Source: an uncultured Campylobacterales bacterium
GTDB lineage: Bacteria; Campylobacterota; Campylobacteria; Campylobacterales; Arcobacteraceae
Assembly: GCA_905479135.1 (NCBI GenBank)
Contig: CAJQLJ010000043.1
Span: 3,433-67,432, forward strand
Length of the DNA: 64,000 bases
Direction: 5' to 3'
In this document: piece after piece, positions 1 through 17,205 of the stretch
Numbering within the stretch: position 1 is the stretch's first letter
Layout: every line of letters starts with the position of its first letter
Translations under genes and position numbers: made by a program
The notes under the pieces: generated by a model
Database searches by the model: none
The model's input: the letters and a program-made list of their open reading frames with translations, nothing else
What the model was told of the DNA's origin: nothing

Positions 1-1
1 C

Positions 2-703
2 GATACTCCAATCATTGCTGGTTCTGCATTCCAAGCATTAGAAGAAGCTAAAGCTGGTAATAATGGTGAGTGGTCTGCAAAAATTATGGAATTAATGGAC
101 GCAGTTGATTCATATATTCCAACTCCAAAAAGAGATACTGAACAAGATTTCTTAATGCCTGTTGAAGATGTTTTCTCTATCTCAGGAAGAGGAACTGTTG
201 TAACTGGTGCTATTTCTAAAGGTAGAATTAACTTAGGTGATCAAATTGAGATCGTAGGTTTAAAAGACACTCAAACAACTACTGTAACTGGTGTTGAAAT
301 GTTTAGAAAAGAAATGGAATATGCAGAAGCTGGTGATAATGCTGGTATCTTAATTAGAGGTATTAAAAAAGAAGATGTTCAAAGAGGACAAGTTCTTATT
401 AAGCCAGGTACAATTACTCCACATACTGATTTCAGATGTGAAGTGTATATTCTTTCAAAAGAAGAGGGTGGTAGACACACTCCATTCTTCTCTGGATATA
501 GACCACAATTCTATGTTAGAACAACTGATGTAACTGGTTCTTGTACTTTACCAGAAGGTACTGAAATGGTTATGCCTGGTGATAACGTTGAAATGACTGT
601 AGCTTTAGTTGCTCCAATCGCTCTTGAAAAGGGAACAAAGTTCGCTATTAGAGAAGGTGGTAGAACTGTTGGTGCTGGTGTTGTTGCTGAAATTATCAAG
701 TAA
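2..703 (+). CDS. tuf: Elongation factor Tu (5'-truncated by window edge)
   Basis: Frame is open from base 2 (DTPIIAGSA...). EF-Tu domain 2/3 motifs [36 protein letters not shown]. Confidence 0.99.
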   Translation, partial: DTPIIAGSAFQALEEAKAGNNGEWSAKIMELMDAVDSYIPTPKRDTEQDFLMPVEDVFSISGRGTVVTGAISKGRINLGDQIEIVGLKDTQTTTVTGVEMFRKEMEYAEAGDNAGILIRGIKKEDVQRGQVLIKPGTITPHTDFRCEVYILSKEEGGRHTPFFSGYRPQFYVRTTDVTGSCTLPEGTEMVMPGDNVEMTVALVAPIALEKGTKFAIREGGRTVGAGVVAEIIK

Positions 704-712
704 GGATAATAG

Positions 713-883
713 ATGGCAACTGGAACGAGAATCAAAATAGGACTTAAATGTCAAGAGTGTGGTGATATCAACTACACTACTATGAAAAATCCTAAGACTC
801 ATACTGAAAAGTTTGAGACTAAAAAATATAGTCCAAGATTAAAAAAACACACTTTACATAAAGAAGTGAAATTAAAATCGTAA
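713..883 (+). CDS. rpmG: 50S ribosomal protein L33 (not in ORF track)
   Basis: Manual translation [63 protein letters not shown] upstream. Position between tuf and tRNA-Trp/secE. Confidence 0.97.
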   Translation: MATGTRIKIGLKCQECGDINYTTMKNPKTHTEKFETKKYSPRLKKHTLHKEVKLKS

Positions 884-889
884 GACTTT

Positions 890-918
890 AGGAAGAAGCA
901 CTTGCTTCTTCCTTTTTT
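890..918 (+). terminator. Intrinsic terminator/processing hairpin after rpmG
   Basis: AGGAAGAAGC-actt-GCTTCTTCCT followed by a T-run. Confidence 0.75.
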
Positions 919-923
919 ATAAT

Positions 924-999
924 AGGTCAGTAGCTCCAATGGTAGAGCGCCGGATTCCAAATCCGACGGTTGTGGGTTCGAGTCCCTCCTGGCCTGCCA
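924..999 (+). tRNA. trnW: tRNA-Trp (CCA)
   Basis: Acceptor stem AGGTCAG/CTGGCCT, D-loop GGTA, anticodon loop TTCCAAA, T-loop GTTCGAGTC, encoded 3' CCA; 76 nt. Confidence 0.97.
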
Positions 1000-1079
1000 C
1001 TTAAATCTAATTCACAAAAATTTCACATGATATGTAAAACTAGCGTATAATTAAACTAAGCTAATATAAAGTTTTTTTG

Positions 1080-1087
1080 GGTATAAT
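1080..1087 (+). promoter_or_regulatory. Putative sigma70 -10 box for secE-nusG
   Basis: GG-TATAAT preceded by a T-tract, the typical Campylobacterota promoter layout. Confidence 0.5.
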
Positions 1088-1185
1088 TCCCGTCCTAATA
1101 ATATTCTTAAGAATTTTTTTAAAAGTAGTTTTGACTTTTTTTAAAAGAATTTAAAAGCTTATTTAACTTATATCTTGGAGTCGTT

Positions 1186-1368
1186 GTGAATAAATTAAAA
1201 ACTTATTATAAAAATGCTAAAGAAGAACTTTTTAAAGTAATCTTCCCTATAAAAGAACAAATCAGATCAGCATATTTATCTGTATTTATTGTTGTTACTG
1301 TAATATCTTTATTTCTAGCATTAATTGACGCCATAATGTCTGTAAGCTTATCTTCTATAATGAATTAA
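1186..1368 (+). CDS. secE: Preprotein translocase subunit SecE
   Basis: ELFKVIFP motif, one TM helix, GTG start with GGAG SD, directly upstream of nusG. Confidence 0.95.
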   Translation: MNKLKTYYKNAKEELFKVIFPIKEQIRSAYLSVFIVVTVISLFLALIDAIMSVSLSSIMN

Positions 1369-1379
1369 GGAATAGAATA

Positions 1380-1907
1380 ATGGCACACAAATGGTACGCA
1401 ATTCAAACTTACTCTGGTAGTGAACTAGCAGTTAAAAGAGCACTAATTCAATTATCAGAAGAAATGGCAGACGGTAGAATAGCTGAAGTATTAGTTCCTA
1501 CAGAAGATTTAATTGAAATTAAAAAAGGTAAAAAATCTATAGTTGAAAGACCATTGTACCCAGCATATGCTTTTGCAAAGATAGAATTAGATACTCAACT
1601 ATGGCATGGAATACAAGCTATGCCAAAAGTTGGTAGATTTATTGGTGAATCTAAAAAACCAACACCATTATCTGAAAAAGATATTACAGCAATTTTAGAC
1701 AAAGTTAATAATAGAGCAGCTGCAAAACCAAAAGTTTCATTTGATGAAGGTGAAATGGTTAGAGTTAATGAAGGCCCATTCGCAAATTTCAATGGTATAG
1801 TTGAAGATTTTGATATGGCTTCTGGAATGCTTAAGTTAAATGTTTCAATTTTTGGAAGAAATACTCCAGTTGAAATTTCGTATTCACAAGTTGAAAGAGT
1901 AGTTTAA
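1380..1907 (+). CDS. nusG: Transcription termination/antitermination factor NusG
   Basis: KWYAIQTYSG N-terminus; KOW domain GPFANFNG...SIFGRNTPVE. Confidence 0.99.
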   Translation: MAHKWYAIQTYSGSELAVKRALIQLSEEMADGRIAEVLVPTEDLIEIKKGKKSIVERPLYPAYAFAKIELDTQLWHGIQAMPKVGRFIGESKKPTPLSEKDITAILDKVNNRAAAKPKVSFDEGEMVRVNEGPFANFNGIVEDFDMASGMLKLNVSIFGRNTPVEISYSQVERVV

Positions 1908-2005
1908 ACAGTTTTTTAGGCATTAGGCAATAAAACTTGCTTCTTACATAGTTTTATTTCCTAATGCCTAATCATTAAAAAAATCATTAAAATAAAAGGA
2001 ATAGA

Positions 2006-2431
2006 ATGGCAAAGAAAGTAGACGGTAAACTTAAATTACAAATACCTGCTGGTGCTGCAAACCCATCACCACCTGTTGGACCTGCATTAGGTCAAAGAGG
2101 TATTAATATCATGGAATTCTGTAAAGCATTCAATGAGAAAACAAAAGATAAATCTGGATTTAACATCCCTGTAGAAATTACTGTTTATTCAGATAAAAGT
2201 TTTACATTTGAGTTAAAACAACCACCAATGACTGATTTAATTAAAAAAGTTTCTGGAATCAAAAAAGGTTCAGATAATGCACTTAAGAATAAAATTGGTT
2301 CATTAACAAAAGATCAAATTATGGAAATCGTTGATATGAAAATCGCTGATTTAAATACTGATGATAAAGAACAAGCTGCAAAAATTGTTGCTGGTTCTGC
2401 TAGATCTATGGGTATTACTACTGAATTATAG
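2006..2431 (+). CDS. rplK: 50S ribosomal protein L11
   Basis: [31 protein letters not shown]. Confidence 0.99.
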   Translation: MAKKVDGKLKLQIPAGAANPSPPVGPALGQRGINIMEFCKAFNEKTKDKSGFNIPVEITVYSDKSFTFELKQPPMTDLIKKVSGIKKGSDNALKNKIGSLTKDQIMEIVDMKIADLNTDDKEQAAKIVAGSARSMGITTEL

Positions 2432-2510
2432 TATTTAGTTTTAAAACAAGTCTAACCAGCAGACTTTTTAAACGCTGGAAGCAAAAAAATAAATATTGCG
2501 GAGAAATAAA

Positions 2511-3200
2511 ATGGCAAAAAGATATAAATCATTAAAAGAAAAAATTGAATTAAGAGATTATTCTCTTGCTGATACTTGTACTTTATTAAAAGAATTAAAG
2601 TCTACAAAGTTTGATGAAAGTGTTGAAGTTGCACTTAACTTAAATGTAGATCCAAGACATGCTGATCAAATGATTAGAGGTGCAGTAGTACTTCCAAATG
2701 GTACAGGTAAAACTGTAAGAGTTGCAGTTTTTGCAAAAGGTGTTAAAGTTGATGAAGCTAAAGCTGCTGGTGCTGATATTGTTGGTAATGACGATTTAGT
2801 TGAAACAGTTATGGCTGGAAATATTGATTTTGATGTTTTAATTGCAACTCCTGATTGTATGGGACTTGTTGGAAAATTAGGTAGAGTTTTAGGACCAAAA
2901 GGTTTAATGCCTAATCCTAAAGTTGGAACAGTTACTATGGACGTTACTAAAGCAGTTAATGATGCTAAGGGTGGTCAAGTATCTTATAGAGTTGATAAAA
3001 AAGGTAATATGCAAGCTGCAGTTGGAAAGATTTCTTTCTCTACAGAAGCAATCAAAGAAAATATTGAAGCATTTCTTGCAGCTATCAACAAACAAAAACC
3101 AGCATCTGCAAAAGGTAGATATATTACTAATGCAGCTATTTCATTAACAATGTCTCCATCAATTAATGTTGATGCTTCAGAATTAATGGATATTAAATAA
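2511..3200 (+). CDS. rplA: 50S ribosomal protein L1
   Basis: [27 protein letters not shown] at 2511 with GGAG SD preferred over TTG at 2496. Confidence 0.99.
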   Translation: MAKRYKSLKEKIELRDYSLADTCTLLKELKSTKFDESVEVALNLNVDPRHADQMIRGAVVLPNGTGKTVRVAVFAKGVKVDEAKAAGADIVGNDDLVETVMAGNIDFDVLIATPDCMGLVGKLGRVLGPKGLMPNPKVGTVTMDVTKAVNDAKGGQVSYRVDKKGNMQAAVGKISFSTEAIKENIEAFLAAINKQKPASAKGRYITNAAISLTMSPSINVDASELMDIK

Positions 3201-3283
3201 GGATTTTTCCTTATTTAATTTTTAACATTCAATAATATAGATAAAGCATCTTTATTATTGAGTGTTCAAAGCACTGAAATAAA

Positions 3284-3348
3284 AACTGAAGACAGTGGGT
3301 TAGATTCGTTCCTCGTTTCTAATAAGTCCTACCGAAGTCGATGTTTTG
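3284..3348 (+). ncRNA. Ribosomal protein L10 leader (autoregulatory)
   Basis: GAAGACAGTGGG...CCTACCGAAG matches the core of the L10(L12)4-binding leader, immediately upstream of rplJ. Confidence 0.75.
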
Positions 3349-3361
3349 AGAGGAGAATCGT

Positions 3362-3850
3362 ATGAATAAACAACAAAAATTTGAAATAATTGAAAATTTA
3401 ACATCTGAATTTAAAAATTCTCAAGCTATTGTAGTATGTGGTTATAATGGAATTACTCATAAAGAGTTAGAATCATTAAGAATTGATGCTAGAGCTAACG
3501 GAACTAAAGTTCAAGTTGCTAAAAATACTCTTGTAACTGTAGCAGTTAAAAATGCTGAGTTAGGAGATGTTGCCTTAACTGGTACAAATATTTTCTTATG
3601 GTCTGAAGATCAAATCTCTGCATGTAAAGTTGCAGATAAATTTGCTTCTACTAAAAAAGATAAATTTGAGATCAAATCAGGAATTATTGAAGGTGAGATT
3701 GCAGACCTTGCAACTGTTAATGCATTCGCTAAGTTACCATCTAGAGATGAACTTCTTGGTATGCTTGCAGCTACTTGGATGGCTCCACTTACAAACTTTA
3801 CTATTGGGCTTGATGCTCTTAGAAAGAAAAAAGAAGAAGAAGCAGCTTAA
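3362..3850 (+). CDS. rplJ: 50S ribosomal protein L10
   Basis: VAKNTL, AKLPSRDELLGML; position before rplL. Confidence 0.98.
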   Translation: MNKQQKFEIIENLTSEFKNSQAIVVCGYNGITHKELESLRIDARANGTKVQVAKNTLVTVAVKNAELGDVALTGTNIFLWSEDQISACKVADKFASTKKDKFEIKSGIIEGEIADLATVNAFAKLPSRDELLGMLAATWMAPLTNFTIGLDALRKKKEEEAA

Positions 3851-3900
3851 TTTTATTAAGCTATAAACATAAAATAAATATAAAAAATAAGGAATAATAA

Positions 3901-4272
3901 ATGGCAATTTCTAAAGAAGACGTATTAGAATATATTTCTGGTTTATCAGTACTTGAATTATCAGAATTAGTTAAAGAATTTGAAGAAAAGTTTGGTGTAT
4001 CTGCACAACCTGTAGCAGTAGCTGGTGTAGCTGGTGGAGCTGCTGAAGCAGTTGAAGAAAAAACTGAATTTGATGTTATCATCAAAGATGCTGGTGCTAA
4101 AAAAATTAACGTTATTAAAGTAATTAGAGCGTTAACTGGTTTAGGATTAAAAGAAGCTAAAGCTGCTGCTGAAGCTGCAGATTCTGTAATTAAAGAAGGT
4201 GTTTCAAAAGAAGACGCTGAAACTGCAAAAGCAGAATTAGAAGCTGCTGGAGCAACTGTAGAAGTTAAATAA
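3901..4272 (+). CDS. rplL: 50S ribosomal protein L7/L12
   Basis: [26 protein letters not shown]. Confidence 0.99.
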   Translation: MAISKEDVLEYISGLSVLELSELVKEFEEKFGVSAQPVAVAGVAGGAAEAVEEKTEFDVIIKDAGAKKINVIKVIRALTGLGLKEAKAAAEAADSVIKEGVSKEDAETAKAELEAAGATVEVK

Positions 4273-4297
4273 TTACACTTGTAATTTTATAAACTTG

Positions 4298-4325
4298 TTA
4301 TACAAGGCTTAAATGCCTTGTATAA
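4298..4325 (+). terminator. Hairpin/attenuator after rplL
   Basis: TTATACAAGGC-ttaaat-GCCTTGTATAA inverted repeat. Confidence 0.6.
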
Positions 4326-4425
4326 AGAATAGCATCTTTGAAGGCTAAGGTTAGAATTTAATGAAATTTTAACCCTATCCTTTACGGATGCTTTTGTGCT
4401 TTATATGATATAAAGCTTAAACTAA

Positions 4426-13117
<8,692 letters not shown>

Positions 13118-13123
13118 ATAATA

Positions 13124-13148
13124 AACAATAAGGCTTTGCCTTATTGTT
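13124..13148 (+). terminator. Terminator-like hairpin after rpoC
   Basis: AACAATAAGGC-ttt-GCCTTATTGTT perfect 11-bp stem. Confidence 0.7.
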
Positions 13149-13158
13149 AACTTAATTA

Positions 13159-13545
13159 ATGGATATTTTTTCCTTACTACTTATTTTCATAGCTGTAGAA
13201 TTTTTTGAATCAAATTGGCAAAAATCAGATTCAATGCACGGCTTAATTTCTAATAATTTTAAAATGTATAAAAAAAGTATTTTCTTATACTTTACTTTAC
13301 ATCTTTCATTTTTTTATACAATTTTTATTTCTATATATATGAATAACTTTTCTTTTTGGATGAGTTCTATTTTAGTAATAAAGTTTTTAGATATTGCATT
13401 TAAATTAAATATGATGCAAAAACTTTCACATGGTTTACCATTAGAAGAGCTTATGCCAATAAATCTAAATATGACACCATTATTTAGATATCTAAATGTT
13501 TTAATATACCCCCTTTCTTTTGTATTTGCTGTTGGTTTAGCTTAA
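13159..13545 (+). CDS. Hypothetical membrane protein
   Basis: 128 aa, 3-4 hydrophobic segments, no recognisable motif. Confidence 0.75.
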   Translation: MDIFSLLLIFIAVEFFESNWQKSDSMHGLISNNFKMYKKSIFLYFTLHLSFFYTIFISIYMNNFSFWMSSILVIKFLDIAFKLNMMQKLSHGLPLEELMPINLNMTPLFRYLNVLIYPLSFVFAVGLA

Positions 13546-13626
13546 CATTTAGAAAATATACATCAAAATTAAATTTCATTACATCTATATTTTGCTAATA
13601 TGTTAGTATAAATAAAAAGGATAAAT

Positions 13627-13914
13627 ATGCAGTACTTAATAATTGCTTACGATAATGATGGAGCTATTGATAAAAGAATGATAGCTAGACCTGCTCATGT
13701 AGAAGGAACTCAAAAATTGATGGCTGAGGGTAAAATAATTAGTGCTTGTGCAATGATTGAAGAAGATCAAATGGTTGGTTCTTCTGTATTAACTAACTTC
13801 GATGATGAAGATGAATTAAATACTTGGTTAGAAAATGAACCTTATGTAAAGGGTGGAGTTTGGAATATGGATGAACTTCAAGTAGTACCTGTAAAAGTAA
13901 TGCCAAAGTCTTAA
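13627..13914 (+). CDS. YciI-family protein
   Basis: R-x2-ARPAH, GS, EPYVKGGVW motifs; AAGGA SD. Confidence 0.88.
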   Translation: MQYLIIAYDNDGAIDKRMIARPAHVEGTQKLMAEGKIISACAMIEEDQMVGSSVLTNFDDEDELNTWLENEPYVKGGVWNMDELQVVPVKVMPKS

Positions 13915-13915
13915 T

Positions 13916-14485
13916 ATGATTGAACTAAGAAAAGGAAGAGTTGTAGATATTCCATCAGTTTTAGACTTACATTTTAAATACCAAATTGATTCAATAAAGG
14001 AAGAAGATAAAAAAGACGGTTTTGTTACAACTGCTTTTACTAAAAATGAGTTAAGTTCTTTAATTAAAGATGAAGATGGTTTGTTTTTATGCTTTGTTGA
14101 TGATAGATTAGTAGCATATGTTATGTGTGCATCTTGGAAGTTTTGGTCTGTATGGCCTATGTTTAAATTTATGCTAAATAATCTTTCAGAATTAAGGTAC
14201 AAAGATCTTCAACTTTCAGAAGCTAACTCGTATCAATATGGTCCAATTTGTATAGATAAATCGCAAAGAGGAAGTGATGTCTTACCCTTGCTTTTTGATT
14301 TTGCAAGAGATGAAATGAATTCTAAGTATCCTATTTTAGTTACTTTTATTAATAAAAATAACCCAAGGTCTTTTCAAGCTCACACTAGAAAACTAGGACT
14401 TGAAGTTATAACAGAATTTGAATTTAACAATAACAGTTATTATGAATTAGTTTATGATACATCAGTAAAACTTCTTGACAAGTAA
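13916..14485 (+). CDS. GNAT-family N-acetyltransferase
   Basis: YGPICIDKSQRGS acetyl-CoA motif; NPRS...AH..KLG. Confidence 0.85.
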   Translation: MIELRKGRVVDIPSVLDLHFKYQIDSIKEEDKKDGFVTTAFTKNELSSLIKDEDGLFLCFVDDRLVAYVMCASWKFWSVWPMFKFMLNNLSELRYKDLQLSEANSYQYGPICIDKSQRGSDVLPLLFDFARDEMNSKYPILVTFINKNNPRSFQAHTRKLGLEVITEFEFNNNSYYELVYDTSVKLLDK

Positions 14486-14554
14486 TATTTATTAAATAAT
14501 ACTTGTTTTTTATATTAAATTTTTTATAGTATACTTTATTGTATAGGAGTTTTT

Positions 14555-15367
14555 ATGGGAAATATAATCTATCACTATTGTAATGTTGAATCTTTTAAAG
14601 CTATTATCGAAAATAAAACATTATGGCTAAGTTCTGTGTATAACTTAAATGACTATAAAGAGATTCATTGGATTAAAGATAAAATTTTTAAAAAAATTAA
14701 AATCTCCTCTACAAAAGATAACTTCTTAAAATATAAATGTTTTGAAGAATTATATTCCAATCAACTTCCTAATGTATATATCGCATCTTTTTCTGAAGGT
14801 TCTGATTTATTGAGTCAATGGCGTGCTTATGCAAATGATGGTTATGGAGTTGCTATTGGATTTAATAGTGATTATTTCAAAGAAAATAATATGGTTCAAA
14901 CATCTTCTGTTTTATATAATGAAGAAAGTCAAGAAAAACAAATTGATTTAATATTAAAACCTTTAGAGCAATTAGATAATGAAATTGATACACAATCACC
15001 AAAATTTATTGAAGTTTGTAAAGCAATTATTACAGATATAAATAACTTATCTGCAAAATCCAAAAATGAACTTTTTAAAGAAGAACAAGAAGTTAGACTA
15101 ATTCATAATCCAAAAATAACAAACGATAAAAAGAATAAAAAATTTATTTTTGAAAAGAATTTATCACAAATGATGTTTAGAGCAGTTTGTGGAAATCTAA
15201 TTCCTTACTTTGAATTAAAATTCAATGTAAAAAAGAAAATACCTGCCATAGTAGAAATCATTAAAGGACCTAAAAATAAATTTATAAATGAAGAAATAGA
15301 AATATTTCTTTCAAATAATGGTTTTTATTCTGTAGACATAAAAAGTTCTAAATCATCTTATAGATAA
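14555..15367 (+). CDS. DUF2971-domain protein
   Basis: IYHYC...LND..E...ASFS...LLSQWRAYA..G.GVAIGF...K...F.EE.EVRLI pattern. Confidence 0.85.
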   Translation: MGNIIYHYCNVESFKAIIENKTLWLSSVYNLNDYKEIHWIKDKIFKKIKISSTKDNFLKYKCFEELYSNQLPNVYIASFSEGSDLLSQWRAYANDGYGVAIGFNSDYFKENNMVQTSSVLYNEESQEKQIDLILKPLEQLDNEIDTQSPKFIEVCKAIITDINNLSAKSKNELFKEEQEVRLIHNPKITNDKKNKKFIFEKNLSQMMFRAVCGNLIPYFELKFNVKKKIPAIVEIIKGPKNKFINEEIEIFLSNNGFYSVDIKSSKSSYR

Positions 15368-15418
15368 AAAATATTTATTTTAGCTATAATCACAATAATA
15401 AAACATAATAGGACAAAT

Positions 15419-15901
15419 ATGAAATTTAATGATTTAGATTTAACGACGAAAGAAGAGCTTAATATAAAAATAAATGAGTATGCAAATAGTATTGGAGGTA
15501 TTAATTTTTTTCTTCAAATGATAGAAGATTTAAGAAATGAAAAACCTAATGCACTATTAAATAAAACATCAATTTTTCATTTTGCTAAAGGCAAAATTAC
15601 TTGGAGTAAATCTATTTTTAAAGATACATTAACTTTATTATTTAATGCAATGCGAAAAGAAGATAAAGATGGTGATATTTTAAATGGCTTGAATCCAAAG
15701 GCATATAAAGAAACTATGAATATGATGAGAGCGTTGAAACCAGTTACAATTTCAATTAGAAATGAAGATAATAGTTCTGGTTTTGTTGTTGATATTTTAG
15801 ATTCTAGCGAAGTTAAAAAAACAAAAGTTGATTTAATGTTTAAAATCATATTCTTTTATAATATTGAATTTGCAAAAGATGCCTTATCTTTTAAAATATA
15901 G
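15419..15901 (+). CDS. Hypothetical protein
   Basis: 160-aa ORF with AGGA SD; no recognisable family. Confidence 0.75.
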   Translation: MKFNDLDLTTKEELNIKINEYANSIGGINFFLQMIEDLRNEKPNALLNKTSIFHFAKGKITWSKSIFKDTLTLLFNAMRKEDKDGDILNGLNPKAYKETMNMMRALKPVTISIRNEDNSSGFVVDILDSSEVKKTKVDLMFKIIFFYNIEFAKDALSFKI

Positions 15902-15911
15902 GATATAAATT

Positions 15912-16109
15912 ATGGATGGGAAAAAAAGAAGTAATATAAAACCTGGGCTAACTGTTAATATTGTACTAAAAGAAGATCAACAAACAGGTAGACTTACTAA
16001 AGGCGTTGTACAAGATATTTTAACAAAATCTCCTAGTCATCCTCATGGAATAAAAGTAAGAACTACTTTTGGAGAGGTTGGACGAGTACAGGAAATTATA
16101 AAAATATAA
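15912..16109 (+). CDS. YwbE-family (DUF2196) protein
   Basis: MDGKKRSNIKPG...VLKEDQ.TG.LT.G.V.DILT.S..HPHGIKVR...G.VGRV. Confidence 0.9.
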   Translation: MDGKKRSNIKPGLTVNIVLKEDQQTGRLTKGVVQDILTKSPSHPHGIKVRTTFGEVGRVQEIIKI

Positions 16110-16144
16110 TTTATAAAAAACGAAGAAACTTACATAAAGAAATA

Positions 16145-16166
16145 TTAAGAAAAACTTCAGTATAAT
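16145..16166 (+). promoter_or_regulatory. Putative rpsL promoter
   Basis: TATAAT at 16161-16166 with upstream TTAAG; implies a ~170-nt leader. Confidence 0.55.
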
Positions 16167-16340
16167 CCATCTACTTTTTAGAAAACCTAATTGTTTCTCT
16201 AGAATGGAAGTATCGTTTCAACCTTATGTTGAAGAAAACGAGAAGCATGAGCATTGCTTTAATTGCTCTAACCAAATAAAATAGAGAGTCTTACATATTA
16301 CTATATTACAGATTACTCTACAACTATATAAAGGGAAAGA

Positions 16341-16715
16341 ATGCCAACTATCAATCAACTTGTTAGAAAAGAGCGAAAAAAAGTGATTAAGAAATCTAAA
16401 TCACCTGCACTTGACAAATGTCCACAAAGAAGAGGAGTTTGTACTAGAGTATATACTACAACTCCAAAGAAACCTAACTCAGCTTTAAGAAAAGTTGCTA
16501 AAGTTAGATTAACTACTGGTTTTGAAGTTATTTCATATATTGGTGGAGAAGGTCATAACCTTCAAGAACACTCAATTGTGTTAGTAAGAGGGGGTAGAGT
16601 TAAAGATTTACCTGGTGTTAAATATCACGTTGTTAGAGGTGCTTTAGATACTGCTGGTGTTGCAAACAGAACTGTTGCAAGATCAAAATACGGTACTAAA
16701 AAGCCAAAAAAATAA
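16341..16715 (+). CDS. rpsL: 30S ribosomal protein S12
   Basis: [28 protein letters not shown]. Confidence 0.99.
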   Translation: MPTINQLVRKERKKVIKKSKSPALDKCPQRRGVCTRVYTTTPKKPNSALRKVAKVRLTTGFEVISYIGGEGHNLQEHSIVLVRGGRVKDLPGVKYHVVRGALDTAGVANRTVARSKYGTKKPKK

Positions 16716-16719
16716 GTAG

Positions 16720-17199
<480 letters not shown>

Positions 17200-17205
17200 T
17201 CTAAG

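Noticed and set aside
950-966. C-A mismatch at the top of the tRNA-Trp anticodon stem, suggesting a pseudo-tRNA or suppressor
   Set aside because: The rest of the cloverleaf and the CCA end are intact. As I recall, the same mismatch occurs in Campylobacter tRNA-Trp, and TGA is used as a normal stop in this window.
16460-16610. Streptomycin-resistance substitutions in rpsL
   Set aside because: K43 (PKKPNS) and K88 (RVKDLP) are wild type.
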